From the sequence record SRR20825019_428: DNA of 58,146 nucleotides; one strand, written 5' to 3'. The notes beneath the pieces are model-generated. The model was not told the origin of the DNA. It did no database searches and worked only from the letters and a program-made list of their open reading frames with translations. Every line of letters begins with the position of its first letter. The first letter of the stretch is position 1. The position numbers and the translations under genes are program-made. Below, piece by piece: positions 49,882 to 58,146 of the stretch.

Positions 49882-50859
49882 CTATTCCTGTCCGATGGCT
49901 TCCGCAAGTGTGCCAACCGCCGTCGCGAAGTAGCTTGAGCGGTTCCATTTCAGGATGACCTCATAGTTCGAGTAGGCGAGATATGCCGGTGCCAGCTCAC
50001 CGTCACCCGGAACCACCAACTGGCTTGTCAGGTTACGGCTTGGCAACGGGCCTCCATCGCGCCTGGTGACGCCCAGCGCTTCCCATTCCCGCATGGTCTT
50101 GGTGATTTTGGAATCGACAAGAGACTTATCGAAATTAGCGGGCAGACTGACAGCACGCCCCCAGGTTTCACTGTTGTTCCAGCCGGATTTGGACAGATAG
50201 TTCGCGATGGACCCGAAGACATCGGCTTTGGTGCCCCAGATATCCTTATGGCCGTCCCCGTTATAATCGACGGCGAAATTATGGAAGCTGGAGGGCATGA
50301 ACTGACTCTGCCCCATGGCTCCTGCCCAGGATCCCTTCATGTCGCCCGGCGCGATATGGCCTTGCTCCAGGATTTTCAGCGCCAGCAGCAGCTCTTTGCG
50401 GAAGAAGGCGCTGCGGCGGCCGTCATAGGCCAGCGTCGCGAGAGAAGCGACGACAGGGAAGCCACCGGTGATACGTCCGAAATCGGTCTCCACCCCCCAA
50501 AGAGCAACAATGAAGCGCGGCTGGACACCGTATTTTTCGGAAACCTCCGTCAACAACGCCTTGTTCTCTTTCAGGAGCGCGCGCCCCTTCTGGATTCTGG
50601 CGTCCGGGACGACACGGGTCAGGTATTGCTCGAATGTCAGGGTGAATTCAGGCTGCTTTCGATCCAGCTCAACAACACGCGGGATCGGTGTGACGCCAGT
50701 TAAAGCCTGATCAAGGATGGACCGGCTTATCCCCTGCTTCTCCGCCTCGGCCTTCAGTTCCGTGACCCAGGCCTCGAACGGCTGTGTCGCGGCGGCGTAA
50801 GCAGAGGTGAAAGTGGCTGCCGAAAGCAGTCCCGCGAGTACCAGAATTTTTCTCAACAT
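49882..50859 (-). CDS. mltB: Lytic murein transglycosylase (MltB family)
   Basis: QPEF, ALWGVETDFG, GSWAGAMGQSQFMPSS, WNRSSYFA. Confidence 0.92.
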   Translation of the reverse strand: MLRKILVLAGLLSAATFTSAYAAATQPFEAWVTELKAEAEKQGISRSILDQALTGVTPIPRVVELDRKQPEFTLTFEQYLTRVVPDARIQKGRALLKENKALLTEVSEKYGVQPRFIVALWGVETDFGRITGGFPVVASLATLAYDGRRSAFFRKELLLALKILEQGHIAPGDMKGSWAGAMGQSQFMPSSFHNFAVDYNGDGHKDIWGTKADVFGSIANYLSKSGWNNSETWGRAVSLPANFDKSLVDSKITKTMREWEALGVTRRDGGPLPSRNLTSQLVVPGDGELAPAYLAYSNYEVILKWNRSSYFATAVGTLAEAIGQE

Positions 50860-51121
50860 ATCGATGCCCGATGCCCAGCCTGTGTGCCAAATGCAATAAA
50901 GTATGTTGTGGCATAGGGGACTGGCGCCCGCAACAAAGCGCCGGGTCAGCTCACAACTCATTGATCCGGGACGAGAGTTTTCAAGACGCCTTCGCCCTTC
51001 CAGCCGTCACACTTGCGAATCTGACTGAACGGGGACCGGCAACGGCTTACCGCACCAACGCTTAGAAAAAGCACCGGGGTTGAGATTCGGTCTGGACAGA
51101 TTGATCACATTAGATATCCTG

Positions 51122-51142
51122 AATATGAAAATTAATCATATT
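51122..51142. promoter_or_regulatory. Inverted repeat upstream of udh (candidate operator)
   Basis: AATATGA-N7-TCATATT containing a T-N11-A core, 13 nt upstream of the ATG. Confidence 0.5.
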
Positions 51143-51155
51143 TAAGAGATTACAA

Positions 51156-51989
51156 ATGAGACGAGTACTTCTTACCGGTGCGGGTGGAGGCATTGGCCGC
51201 CGTATGCGAAAGGCACTCGCCAACACCTATCCGATACTTCGTTCATCCGACATGGTTGAACTGGAGCCAGCGATGGATGGCGAGGAAGTCGTGCAGGCGG
51301 ACCTGACAATTCAAGAGGATCTGGAGCAGATTGTTGATGGTGTCGACGGGATCATCCATCTCGGCGGCCTGTCCGTCGAGCATGAGTGGGACGGCATTCT
51401 GCGCACCAATATTGATGGCGCATACCGCCTTTACGAGACCGCCTACAAAGCCGGGGTAAAACGGATCGTCTTCGCCAGCTCGAATCACGCAATCGGGTTT
51501 TATCCGCGCGGGCAGATCCTTGACGGATCGGAGCGCCCTCGCCCCGATTGCAGATATGGTCTCAGCAAAGTCTTCGGCGAAGCACTGTCTCAGTATTTCG
51601 CGGACAATTACGGCCTTGGCGTTCTCTCCATCCGTATCGGCTGGTGTTTCGAGAAGCCAGAAACCCAGCGGACGCTCGGATCCTGGGTCAGCATCGGAGA
51701 TCTGGCGCAACTCTGCCGGATAGGGCTGGAAACGCCGGATTTGCACCACGAAATCGTCTTCGGCATGTCCGACAATTCACGCACATGGTGGGACAACAAA
51801 ACGGCGCGCCGCCTCGGGTATCAGCCCGGGGACTCATCGGATATCTGGGCGGCGGAAGTGGATAATTCCGGCATCCCGGAGCCGGGAGACGCCGTAGGCC
51901 TTGCCGTTCAGGGAGGTCCCTTTGCCAGCGAGGGATATCAGGGCGACCCGCTCCGGGTTGCCGCCAGCAGCGCTCAACCCAAGCCCTGA
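51156..51989 (+). CDS. udh: Uronate dehydrogenase-like NAD-dependent SDR
   Basis: LLTGAGGGIG, FASSNHAIGFY, RPDCRYGLSK, IRIG, WWDN; adjacent to kdgD. Confidence 0.82.
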   Translation: MRRVLLTGAGGGIGRRMRKALANTYPILRSSDMVELEPAMDGEEVVQADLTIQEDLEQIVDGVDGIIHLGGLSVEHEWDGILRTNIDGAYRLYETAYKAGVKRIVFASSNHAIGFYPRGQILDGSERPRPDCRYGLSKVFGEALSQYFADNYGLGVLSIRIGWCFEKPETQRTLGSWVSIGDLAQLCRIGLETPDLHHEIVFGMSDNSRTWWDNKTARRLGYQPGDSSDIWAAEVDNSGIPEPGDAVGLAVQGGPFASEGYQGDPLRVAASSAQPKP

Positions 51990-52033
51990 CTCAACATCAG
52001 ACTCTCTTCTCACCCCGTCTAGGGAGAATTGCC

Positions 52034-52960
52034 GTGTCTTTATCGCCCCAGAAGCTCAAGGCCCGTATGGCCACAGGCCTTCTGTCCTTTCCTGTCACGC
52101 ATTTTGATCAGGATCTGAAGTTCGCACCCAATCCCTATCAGGATCATGTTGCCTGGCTGGCCTCTTACGATGCCGCCACCCTGTTCGCCGCCGGCGGGAC
52201 AGGTGAATATTTTTCCCTCGGTCAGGATGAATTCCCGGCCATCATTCGCGCCGCGGTCGAGGCTGCGGACGGACGCTGCCCGGTAGTTGCCGGATGCGGC
52301 GTGAATACAACCCGTGCCATTGCCGATGCGCGGGCTGCGGAAGCCGCTGGCGCCGATGGTCTGTTGCTGTTGCCGACATATCTGATGTCTGGCACCCAGG
52401 AAGGACAGATGGCCCATGTGAAAGCCGTCTGCCAATCCGTTTCCATCGGGGTCGTGGTCTATAACCGCGCCACATCCGTGCTTACGGCGGACAGTGTCGC
52501 CCGCCTCGCGGAAGAATGCCCAAATCTGATCGGCTTCAAGGATGGTGTCGGCGAAATCGACCAGGTGACCCGTATGCGGACCATGCTTGGGGACCGGCTG
52601 GTCTATGTTGGTGGAATGCCGACGCATGAGCTGTTTGCCGCCGCCTATGACGCTGCCGGGTTTAGTACCTATTCCTCGGCCGTCTTCAATTTCGTGCCCG
52701 AACTGGCGCTCAAATTCTATGCCGCCATGCGATCCGGAGATCGGCTGGTGATGGATGACATCCTGAAATCCTTCTTCTACCCCTTCGCGAATATACGGGA
52801 CAAGGTGCCGGGCTATCCGGTCAGCCTGATCAAGGGTGGATTACGTGCTGTCGGCCGGGATCCGGGAAATGTACGCCCGCCTCTTTCTGCCGCGACGGAC
52901 AAGCATGTCGAAGAGCTTGCCGCGGTTATTGAAGCATCCAGGCTGGCTGCCACCGCATAA
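52034..52960 (+). CDS. kdgD: 5-dehydro-4-deoxyglucarate dehydratase
   Basis: GLLSFPVTHF, FAAGGTGEYF, VYNR, GFKDGVG, YSSAVFNFVP. Confidence 0.93.
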   Translation: MSLSPQKLKARMATGLLSFPVTHFDQDLKFAPNPYQDHVAWLASYDAATLFAAGGTGEYFSLGQDEFPAIIRAAVEAADGRCPVVAGCGVNTTRAIADARAAEAAGADGLLLLPTYLMSGTQEGQMAHVKAVCQSVSIGVVVYNRATSVLTADSVARLAEECPNLIGFKDGVGEIDQVTRMRTMLGDRLVYVGGMPTHELFAAAYDAAGFSTYSSAVFNFVPELALKFYAAMRSGDRLVMDDILKSFFYPFANIRDKVPGYPVSLIKGGLRAVGRDPGNVRPPLSAATDKHVEELAAVIEASRLAATA

Positions 52961-53136
52961 AAGTAGGATTCATTTTTCGATAGATTGACCAATTTTTAAA
53001 AGGAGGCATACTTATCCGAGGAACACAGACGGCGCATGAACCGCCGCATTCCGCAACACGCATCGCATAAGAAAAAACAAACCAGTGATGCATCGGTTCC
53101 GGAGACACAACCGGACCAAAAGGGAGGAAATACAAA

Positions 53137-54123
53137 ATGTCGATGATTCACAAAATCGGATCTGCCGCGCTAGCAGTCGCCTTGCTCGCAAGCGTCTCCA
53201 GCAGTGTCGAGGCCGCAGAATGGAAGGGCTGGAACATTCACAAGCCCGGATATCCCAACACGGTCGCAATGGACAAGTTCGCCGAACTTCTGGTGCAAAA
53301 AACCGGCGGGCGTCACAGCCTGAAGATGTTTCATTCGGGTGTTCTCGGCAGCCAGCCGGATGCGATAGAGCAATTGCGCATCGGCGGCCTTGAAATTGGT
53401 AACTTCAATCTCGGGCCGATTGGGCCGATCGCACCGGAAGCGAATGTCGTCTCCCTGCCTTTCATCTTCAAGGACATGGAGCACATGCATCGGGCGATGG
53501 ACGGTGCTCCGGGTGATCAGATCAGTGCCGGCATGGCGAAAAAAGGCATGATCGCCCTTGCCTGGTACGATTCAGGCGCGCGATCTTTCTATAATTCCAA
53601 ACATCCGATCAACAAGCCCGAGGACGTCAAGGGCATGAAGGTCCGGGTGATGAATAACGACCTCTATTCCGGGATGATTTCCGCCCTCGGCGGCAACCCG
53701 TCCCCGATGGCGTTTTCTGAAGTCTATCAGTCTCTGAAGACAGGCGTTGTCGACGGCGCGGAGAACAACTGGCCATCCTATGAATCGACCGGCCATTTCG
53801 AGGTCGCTGGATATTATTCACTGTCCCAGCATCTGATCATTCCGGAATGTGTCTGCATCAATGCCGACGTCTATAACGGCCTCTCCGACGCGGACAAGAC
53901 CGCGGTCAAGGAAGCCGCCCGTGAGTCCGCTGAATTGCAGCGGAAATTGTGGGCTGAACGGGCCGAAGCCAGCCAGAAAATGGTGATCAAGTCCGGCGTC
54001 AAGTTCAACGACGTGGCTGACAAGGCGGCATTCCAGGATGCCATGAAGCCGGTCTTCGAAAAGTTCCTGGCAAGCAACGAGGAACTGAAGCCACTCGTCG
54101 CAGCCATTCAAGCGACGCAATAA
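53137..54123 (+). CDS. dctP: TRAP transporter substrate-binding protein
   Basis: Signal peptide, SLPFIF, GARSFY, KVRV, EVYQSLKTGVVDGAENN; GGAGG RBS. Confidence 0.93.
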   Translation: MSMIHKIGSAALAVALLASVSSSVEAAEWKGWNIHKPGYPNTVAMDKFAELLVQKTGGRHSLKMFHSGVLGSQPDAIEQLRIGGLEIGNFNLGPIGPIAPEANVVSLPFIFKDMEHMHRAMDGAPGDQISAGMAKKGMIALAWYDSGARSFYNSKHPINKPEDVKGMKVRVMNNDLYSGMISALGGNPSPMAFSEVYQSLKTGVVDGAENNWPSYESTGHFEVAGYYSLSQHLIIPECVCINADVYNGLSDADKTAVKEAARESAELQRKLWAERAEASQKMVIKSGVKFNDVADKAAFQDAMKPVFEKFLASNEELKPLVAAIQATQ

Positions 54124-54138
54124 AGCTCCTGTCCCGTG

Positions 54139-54185
54139 GCCGCCGGAATGGATCACAGATGTGAGCCTTTCCGGCGGCGCTTTTT
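54139..54185 (+). terminator. Stem-loop / partial terminator after dctP
   Basis: GCCGCCGGAA / TTCCGGCGGC stem followed by a T run. Confidence 0.6.
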
Positions 54186-54238
54186 GACATTCGTCATGCA
54201 CTGTGCCGAGCGCGGCACTTTTCGAGCCGGGAATTCAG

Positions 54239-54820
54239 ATGACCTCCATCCATTCGACCGATGCCAAGGCCGGCGCCGACACGGCATCGCCACACATGGC
54301 GTCACATAGCGGGATCGTCCTGCTGCGGTATTTTTTCCAGAGCCTGGACACGCTTTGTCGCCTCAGCCTTTGGGTTTCCGGAACAGCCATGGTCGTCTTG
54401 ACCACTATCTTCGGCTGGCTCGTATTCGGCCGGTATGTGATGAACGCGACCCCCACATGGGTGGAGCAGGTCGCCCTTTTGCTGGTTGCGCTTATCGGCT
54501 TCGTCGGAGCATCGACAGGCGTGCACGAAAGATCGCATCTCGGGGTTTCGTTTTTCCGGGATATCGCGCCTCGTCCGCTGCAGCGGATAATGGATTTCCT
54601 GGTCCATCTGATCATGGCTGTCTTTGGCTCGGTCATGATGGTGCAGACCTATTATCTCGTCCTGTTCAAATGGGACGCACAGATACCTCTCATCAACGTT
54701 CCCGAAGGTCTTCGCGCGGTGCCGCTCACCTTCTGCGGCGCTGCGTGTCTGATCTATTCGGTGGGGCATTTGATCCGGTTCTTTTTGAGCCGTGAGCAAC
54801 CCTCTTCCTCTCTACGCTGA
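54239..54820 (+). CDS. dctQ: TRAP transporter small permease
   Basis: VFGRYVMNATPTWVEQ, HLGV, four TM segments; start uncertain. Confidence 0.88.
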   Translation: MTSIHSTDAKAGADTASPHMASHSGIVLLRYFFQSLDTLCRLSLWVSGTAMVVLTTIFGWLVFGRYVMNATPTWVEQVALLLVALIGFVGASTGVHERSHLGVSFFRDIAPRPLQRIMDFLVHLIMAVFGSVMMVQTYYLVLFKWDAQIPLINVPEGLRAVPLTFCGAACLIYSVGHLIRFFLSREQPSSSLR

Positions 54821-54833
54821 CCGGGATAGTCCA

Positions 54834-56117
54834 ATGGGTCTTCTTATTCTGCTCGGCGTTTTCGCCGTATGCGTCGTCATCGGCGTACCTGTCGCTTTCG
54901 CGTTAGCTGTTGCGGCCGTGACGGCATTCTTCGTTGAGGGGCTGCCGCTTGTCGTTGCCTTCCAGCGCATCATCTCGGGCATCAACGTTTTTTCCCTGAT
55001 GGCGATCCCGTTCTTCATATTCGCCGGAGAGCTGATGTTCCATGGCGGCATCGCCATCCGGCTGGTCCGGCTGGCATCCGCGGCTGTCGGCTGGGTACGT
55101 GGTGGCCTTGGCGTGGTGAATGTTTTCTCCTCCATGCTGTTCGGCGGTATCTCGGGTTCAGCCGTCGCTGATATCTCGGCGCTTGGCTCGATCCTGATCC
55201 CCGTCATGAAGGAAAAGGGCTACGACGATGATTATGCTGTGAATGTCACCGTGACATCCTCGATCGCGGGTATCCTGGTGCCGCCATCCCACAACATGAT
55301 CCTGTTCGCCATCGCCGCGGGCGGCGGCATTTCAATTTCGCAGCTCTTCCTGGCCGGTGTGATGCCCGGTGTTCTTATGTGTATTTGCCTGGCGGCGGCG
55401 GCCTATATCATTGCTGTCCGCAGAGGATACGGGGTTGAACCGTTTCCAGGATTGTATTCGCTGTTCATCAGTTTCATCGCCGCCCTGCCCGGCCTCTTCA
55501 CTGCCGTCATAATCGTGGGCGGCGTGCTGTCGGGTATTTTCACCGTTACCGAGTCAGGGGCATTCGGTACGCTTTATGCCTTCGCCATAACGCTGATCGT
55601 CTACCGGTCATTAAGCTGGACTGCCTTCAAGACCGCCGTGCTGAACTCTGTCCGCACCACCTCCATGGTGCTGATCCTGGTCGCCTCGGCGACGGCGTTT
55701 GCCTACATGCTGACCTTCTATCAGGTGCCTACCCGGATGATCGAGTTCATGACCGGGCTCACCGAGAACCCGATCGCCATCCTGCTGATGATCAATCTCA
55801 TGCTGCTCGTGCTCGGCATGATCATGGACATGGCAGCACTGATCTTGATCTGCACACCGATTTTTTTGCCGGTTGTGATCTCGCTTGGTATGGATCCGGT
55901 GCAGTTCGGCATGATCCTGATGATGAATCTGGGGCTAGGGCTATGCACGCCACCAGTCGGTGCGTGCCTGTTTCTTGGATGTGCGGTCGGAAAAGTCCCC
56001 ATCGAACGCGCTGTGCGAACGATCTGGCCATTCTACGCAGCCATTCTCGTCGCGCTGATGCTGACGACCTTTATCCCCGCCATTTCACTAACATTGCCGC
56101 GGCTTATTGAAGGGTAA
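54834..56117 (+). CDS. dctM: TRAP transporter large permease
   Basis: AIPFFIFAGELM, GISGSAVAD, VPPS, TPPVG. Confidence 0.93.
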   Translation: MGLLILLGVFAVCVVIGVPVAFALAVAAVTAFFVEGLPLVVAFQRIISGINVFSLMAIPFFIFAGELMFHGGIAIRLVRLASAAVGWVRGGLGVVNVFSSMLFGGISGSAVADISALGSILIPVMKEKGYDDDYAVNVTVTSSIAGILVPPSHNMILFAIAAGGGISISQLFLAGVMPGVLMCICLAAAAYIIAVRRGYGVEPFPGLYSLFISFIAALPGLFTAVIIVGGVLSGIFTVTESGAFGTLYAFAITLIVYRSLSWTAFKTAVLNSVRTTSMVLILVASATAFAYMLTFYQVPTRMIEFMTGLTENPIAILLMINLMLLVLGMIMDMAALILICTPIFLPVVISLGMDPVQFGMILMMNLGLGLCTPPVGACLFLGCAVGKVPIERAVRTIWPFYAAILVALMLTTFIPAISLTLPRLIEG

Positions 56118-56135
56118 GGAGGCTCGGTCAGGCGG

Positions 56136-57041
56136 TCAGGCTCCGCAGGGCGGCGGGGCATAGCCTGTGACCCCGGGCTCGCAGATGAATACGCCGCCAG
56201 CATGCGGCTGGCGGTCCTCGCTGCCGGGGGTGATCAGGGACCGGCCCATGCTGGTGATATAAAGCTGTTCCAGCCGGGGACCGCCGAAAGCGAGACAAGT
56301 CGGCTTCTCGACGGGAACCGGAATGGTCCGGTCAACCGTTCCTTCAGGTGTCAGCCGGAGGATCTGCCAGCCATCGACACCGGCCATCCAGTAGCAGCCT
56401 TCCGCATCCATCGCCGCGCCATCCGGTCGCCCTGCCACGGCGTTCGTATCGAAGAAGATGCGCCGGTTCGATGGCGTTCCGGTTTCGGCATCATAATCAA
56501 ACACCCAGATCGTGCGGATTGGCTTGTAGCTGTCGGAGAGATACATCTGCTTGCCGTCAGGCGAGAAAGCCAGCCCGTTCTGGATATAGAGCCCGTCCAG
56601 AACCGAACGGCAGCTCCCATCGGTATCGAGGCAGAACAGCGTGCCGTCTCCGGCCTCCCCCGCCGCTGCATCGCGCGGGCCGCTTTTCGGCATGGTGCCG
56701 GCCCAGAACCGGCCCGCCGGATCGACAGCACCGTCATTGAAACGATGCGTGATAAGACCGGGCGCCATATCATTGATTATGCTCACAGATCCGTCGTCTG
56801 GATTAAATGCGCACCAGCCTTCTTCAAGGCCGACGATGGCGCCGCCAGAGCGGCGTGGCGCCACGCAACCGATGGCCGACGGCATTGGCCATGTTTCGTT
56901 TTTTCCAGTCCCGGGATGAAATCTGTGCAGAGACGGTGCCGCGATATCAACCCACCAGAGCACACCACCTTCAGAATCCCAGACAACGCCCTCACCGAGA
57001 GTCGCTCCGGCATCGAGGATGCACTCAACCGAGACAGTCAT
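56136..57041 (-). CDS. SMP-30/gluconolactonase family lactonase (probable sugar-acid lactonase)
   Basis: LGEG, RFNDG, NGLAFSPDG, PDGAAMDAEG, FGG; located in the uronate cluster. Confidence 0.9.
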   Translation of the reverse strand: MTVSVECILDAGATLGEGVVWDSEGGVLWWVDIAAPSLHRFHPGTGKNETWPMPSAIGCVAPRRSGGAIVGLEEGWCAFNPDDGSVSIINDMAPGLITHRFNDGAVDPAGRFWAGTMPKSGPRDAAAGEAGDGTLFCLDTDGSCRSVLDGLYIQNGLAFSPDGKQMYLSDSYKPIRTIWVFDYDAETGTPSNRRIFFDTNAVAGRPDGAAMDAEGCYWMAGVDGWQILRLTPEGTVDRTIPVPVEKPTCLAFGGPRLEQLYITSMGRSLITPGSEDRQPHAGGVFICEPGVTGYAPPPCGA

Positions 57042-57083
57042 TTAGGCCTCCTGTTTTTCCGGCTGGGTCCGGGGCACGACTCT

Positions 57084-57797
57084 TTATGAAGACAGGGATT
57101 TCCGATAGCGCGTGATGCTGCCACTCAGATGCGCGCGCATGGCCAGGCGGGCACCGTCCGCGTCACCGGCGGAGATGGCATCGGCAATGGCCCGGTGCTC
57201 TTTATTGACCCGTTCCAGATAGTCCCGGTCGATCAGGCGCTCGCGGTCCTGCTCCGTCAGCGTACTGCGCGGAATGGCGCCTTTACCGAGTGAATTCAGA
57301 AACGTGGAGAACAGCTCGTTATTGGTGCCCTGCGCGATGGAGAGATGAAATGCGACGTCGAGAGCGACTGCGGACGCCCCGGTCTCCACGGCACGTTCAA
57401 ACTGCTGCAGGTTTTCGCGGATACGGGCATCCTGGGAAAGACTGCGGCGCGTGGCGGCAAGCCCGGCTGCCTCCACCTCGACGGCCATGCGCAATTCAAG
57501 CAGATCAAGCGTGCTGTGCGCATCGCCCCCCGGGAAGGACGACATCCCCTTGTTGCGGGTACCATTCGGGTCGCGGACGAAAATCCCCGCGCCGCGTCTC
57601 GGCTCCACCAGACCATCCGCCTTCAGAACGGCAACAGCCTCGCGGATAACGGTGCGGCTAACACCATATTCCGCTTCCAGCTCCTTCTCCGTCGGCAACC
57701 GGTCGCCTGTTTTCATAGGCCCGGCAGCAATTTTAGCCCGGAGAGCCGCGGTTGTTTCCTGGGTAAGATTCCGCCCGCCCTGAACCTTCTGAGGCAT
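57084..57797 (-). CDS. GntR/FadR family transcriptional regulator
   Basis: RLPTEKEL...VSRTVIREA...GAGIFV HTH; FCD domain with FH and EH. Confidence 0.93.
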   Translation of the reverse strand: MPQKVQGGRNLTQETTAALRAKIAAGPMKTGDRLPTEKELEAEYGVSRTVIREAVAVLKADGLVEPRRGAGIFVRDPNGTRNKGMSSFPGGDAHSTLDLLELRMAVEVEAAGLAATRRSLSQDARIRENLQQFERAVETGASAVALDVAFHLSIAQGTNNELFSTFLNSLGKGAIPRSTLTEQDRERLIDRDYLERVNKEHRAIADAISAGDADGARLAMRAHLSGSITRYRKSLSS

Positions 57798-58109
57798 TGA
57801 TATGAGTTCCCGTCGAGGCCGTAAAGTATGACTATAGGTGATTAAATGTAGTATTAATTTTGGTGATTGATCAATTCCAATGTTGGTGCATTAACCCCAT
57901 ATATCACATAGCAAAACGGCAGCTACGGCCGTTCAGAAAAGATGCCGGGCCAAGGCCTGAGTGGTTTCGGCGATCTGTTTCCGTCTTCTCTGTTGCGGGA
58001 CGCGGCCGGGTTGCGTATAGACACTCGGCCTCACTCATTTAGGTGAGGCGGGGTTTGAGATCTGTTGTCCTTTCGTGATGGCTGTGAGGTAATCTCAAAC
58101 ACTAATTGC

Positions 58110-58146
58110 GGATGGGTGGCCGAGCGGTTGAAGGCACCGGTCTTGA
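58110..58146 (+). tRNA. tRNA-Ser(TGA), 5' part, truncated by the window edge
   Basis: GGATGGGTGGCCGAGCGGTTGAAGGCACCGGTCTTGA: acceptor 5' strand, D-arm, anticodon stem CCGGT and loop CT-TGA. Confidence 0.85.

Noticed and set aside
1-58146. Mobile elements, prophage or defence systems
   Set aside because: No transposase, integrase, phage, restriction-modification or toxin-antitoxin motifs recognised in any ORF

Overview
GC-rich alphaproteobacterial chromosomal window (lineage inferred from gene content) with five blocks. (1) 1-11.4 kb: a type I secretion locus (two ABC subunits plus an HlyD-type adaptor) followed by a large repeat adhesin that runs off the left edge and is missing from the ORF track, next to a REC-PP2C phosphatase and a GAF/PAS hybrid kinase. 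(2) 11.7-20.7 kb: an envelope/osmotic-stress block with a ChvI/ChvG-like two-component pair, opgH, a small hidden OpgI-like ORF, Tat-exported opgD, lipoproteins, an ECF sigma factor and a PRC-barrel protein. (3) 21-39.6 kb: an N-heterocycle (probably nicotinate-type) catabolic region: hydantoinase/oxoprolinase A+B, a Liv-type ABC importer, a MarR regulator, a molybdenum hydroxylase, a 6-hydroxynicotinate-reductase-like protein, an ApbE-like UPF0280 protein, a DUF1185 protein and fpr. Four copies of a 16-bp TGTATACA-type palindrome link these units. No enamidase is present, so the ATP-dependent lactamase may open the ring, and the reductase carries a candidate flavinylation motif. This block is the best candidate for an undescribed system. 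(4) 42.5-50.9 kb: conserved housekeeping run mltB-rlpA-dacA-tmk-holB-metG-tatD-MBL hydrolase. (5) 51-58 kb: oxidative uronate/aldarate catabolism (udh, kdgD, TRAP transporter, lactonase, FadR-type regulator), ending in a truncated tRNA-Ser(TGA). All calls are from reading motifs by eye; no database searches were run.
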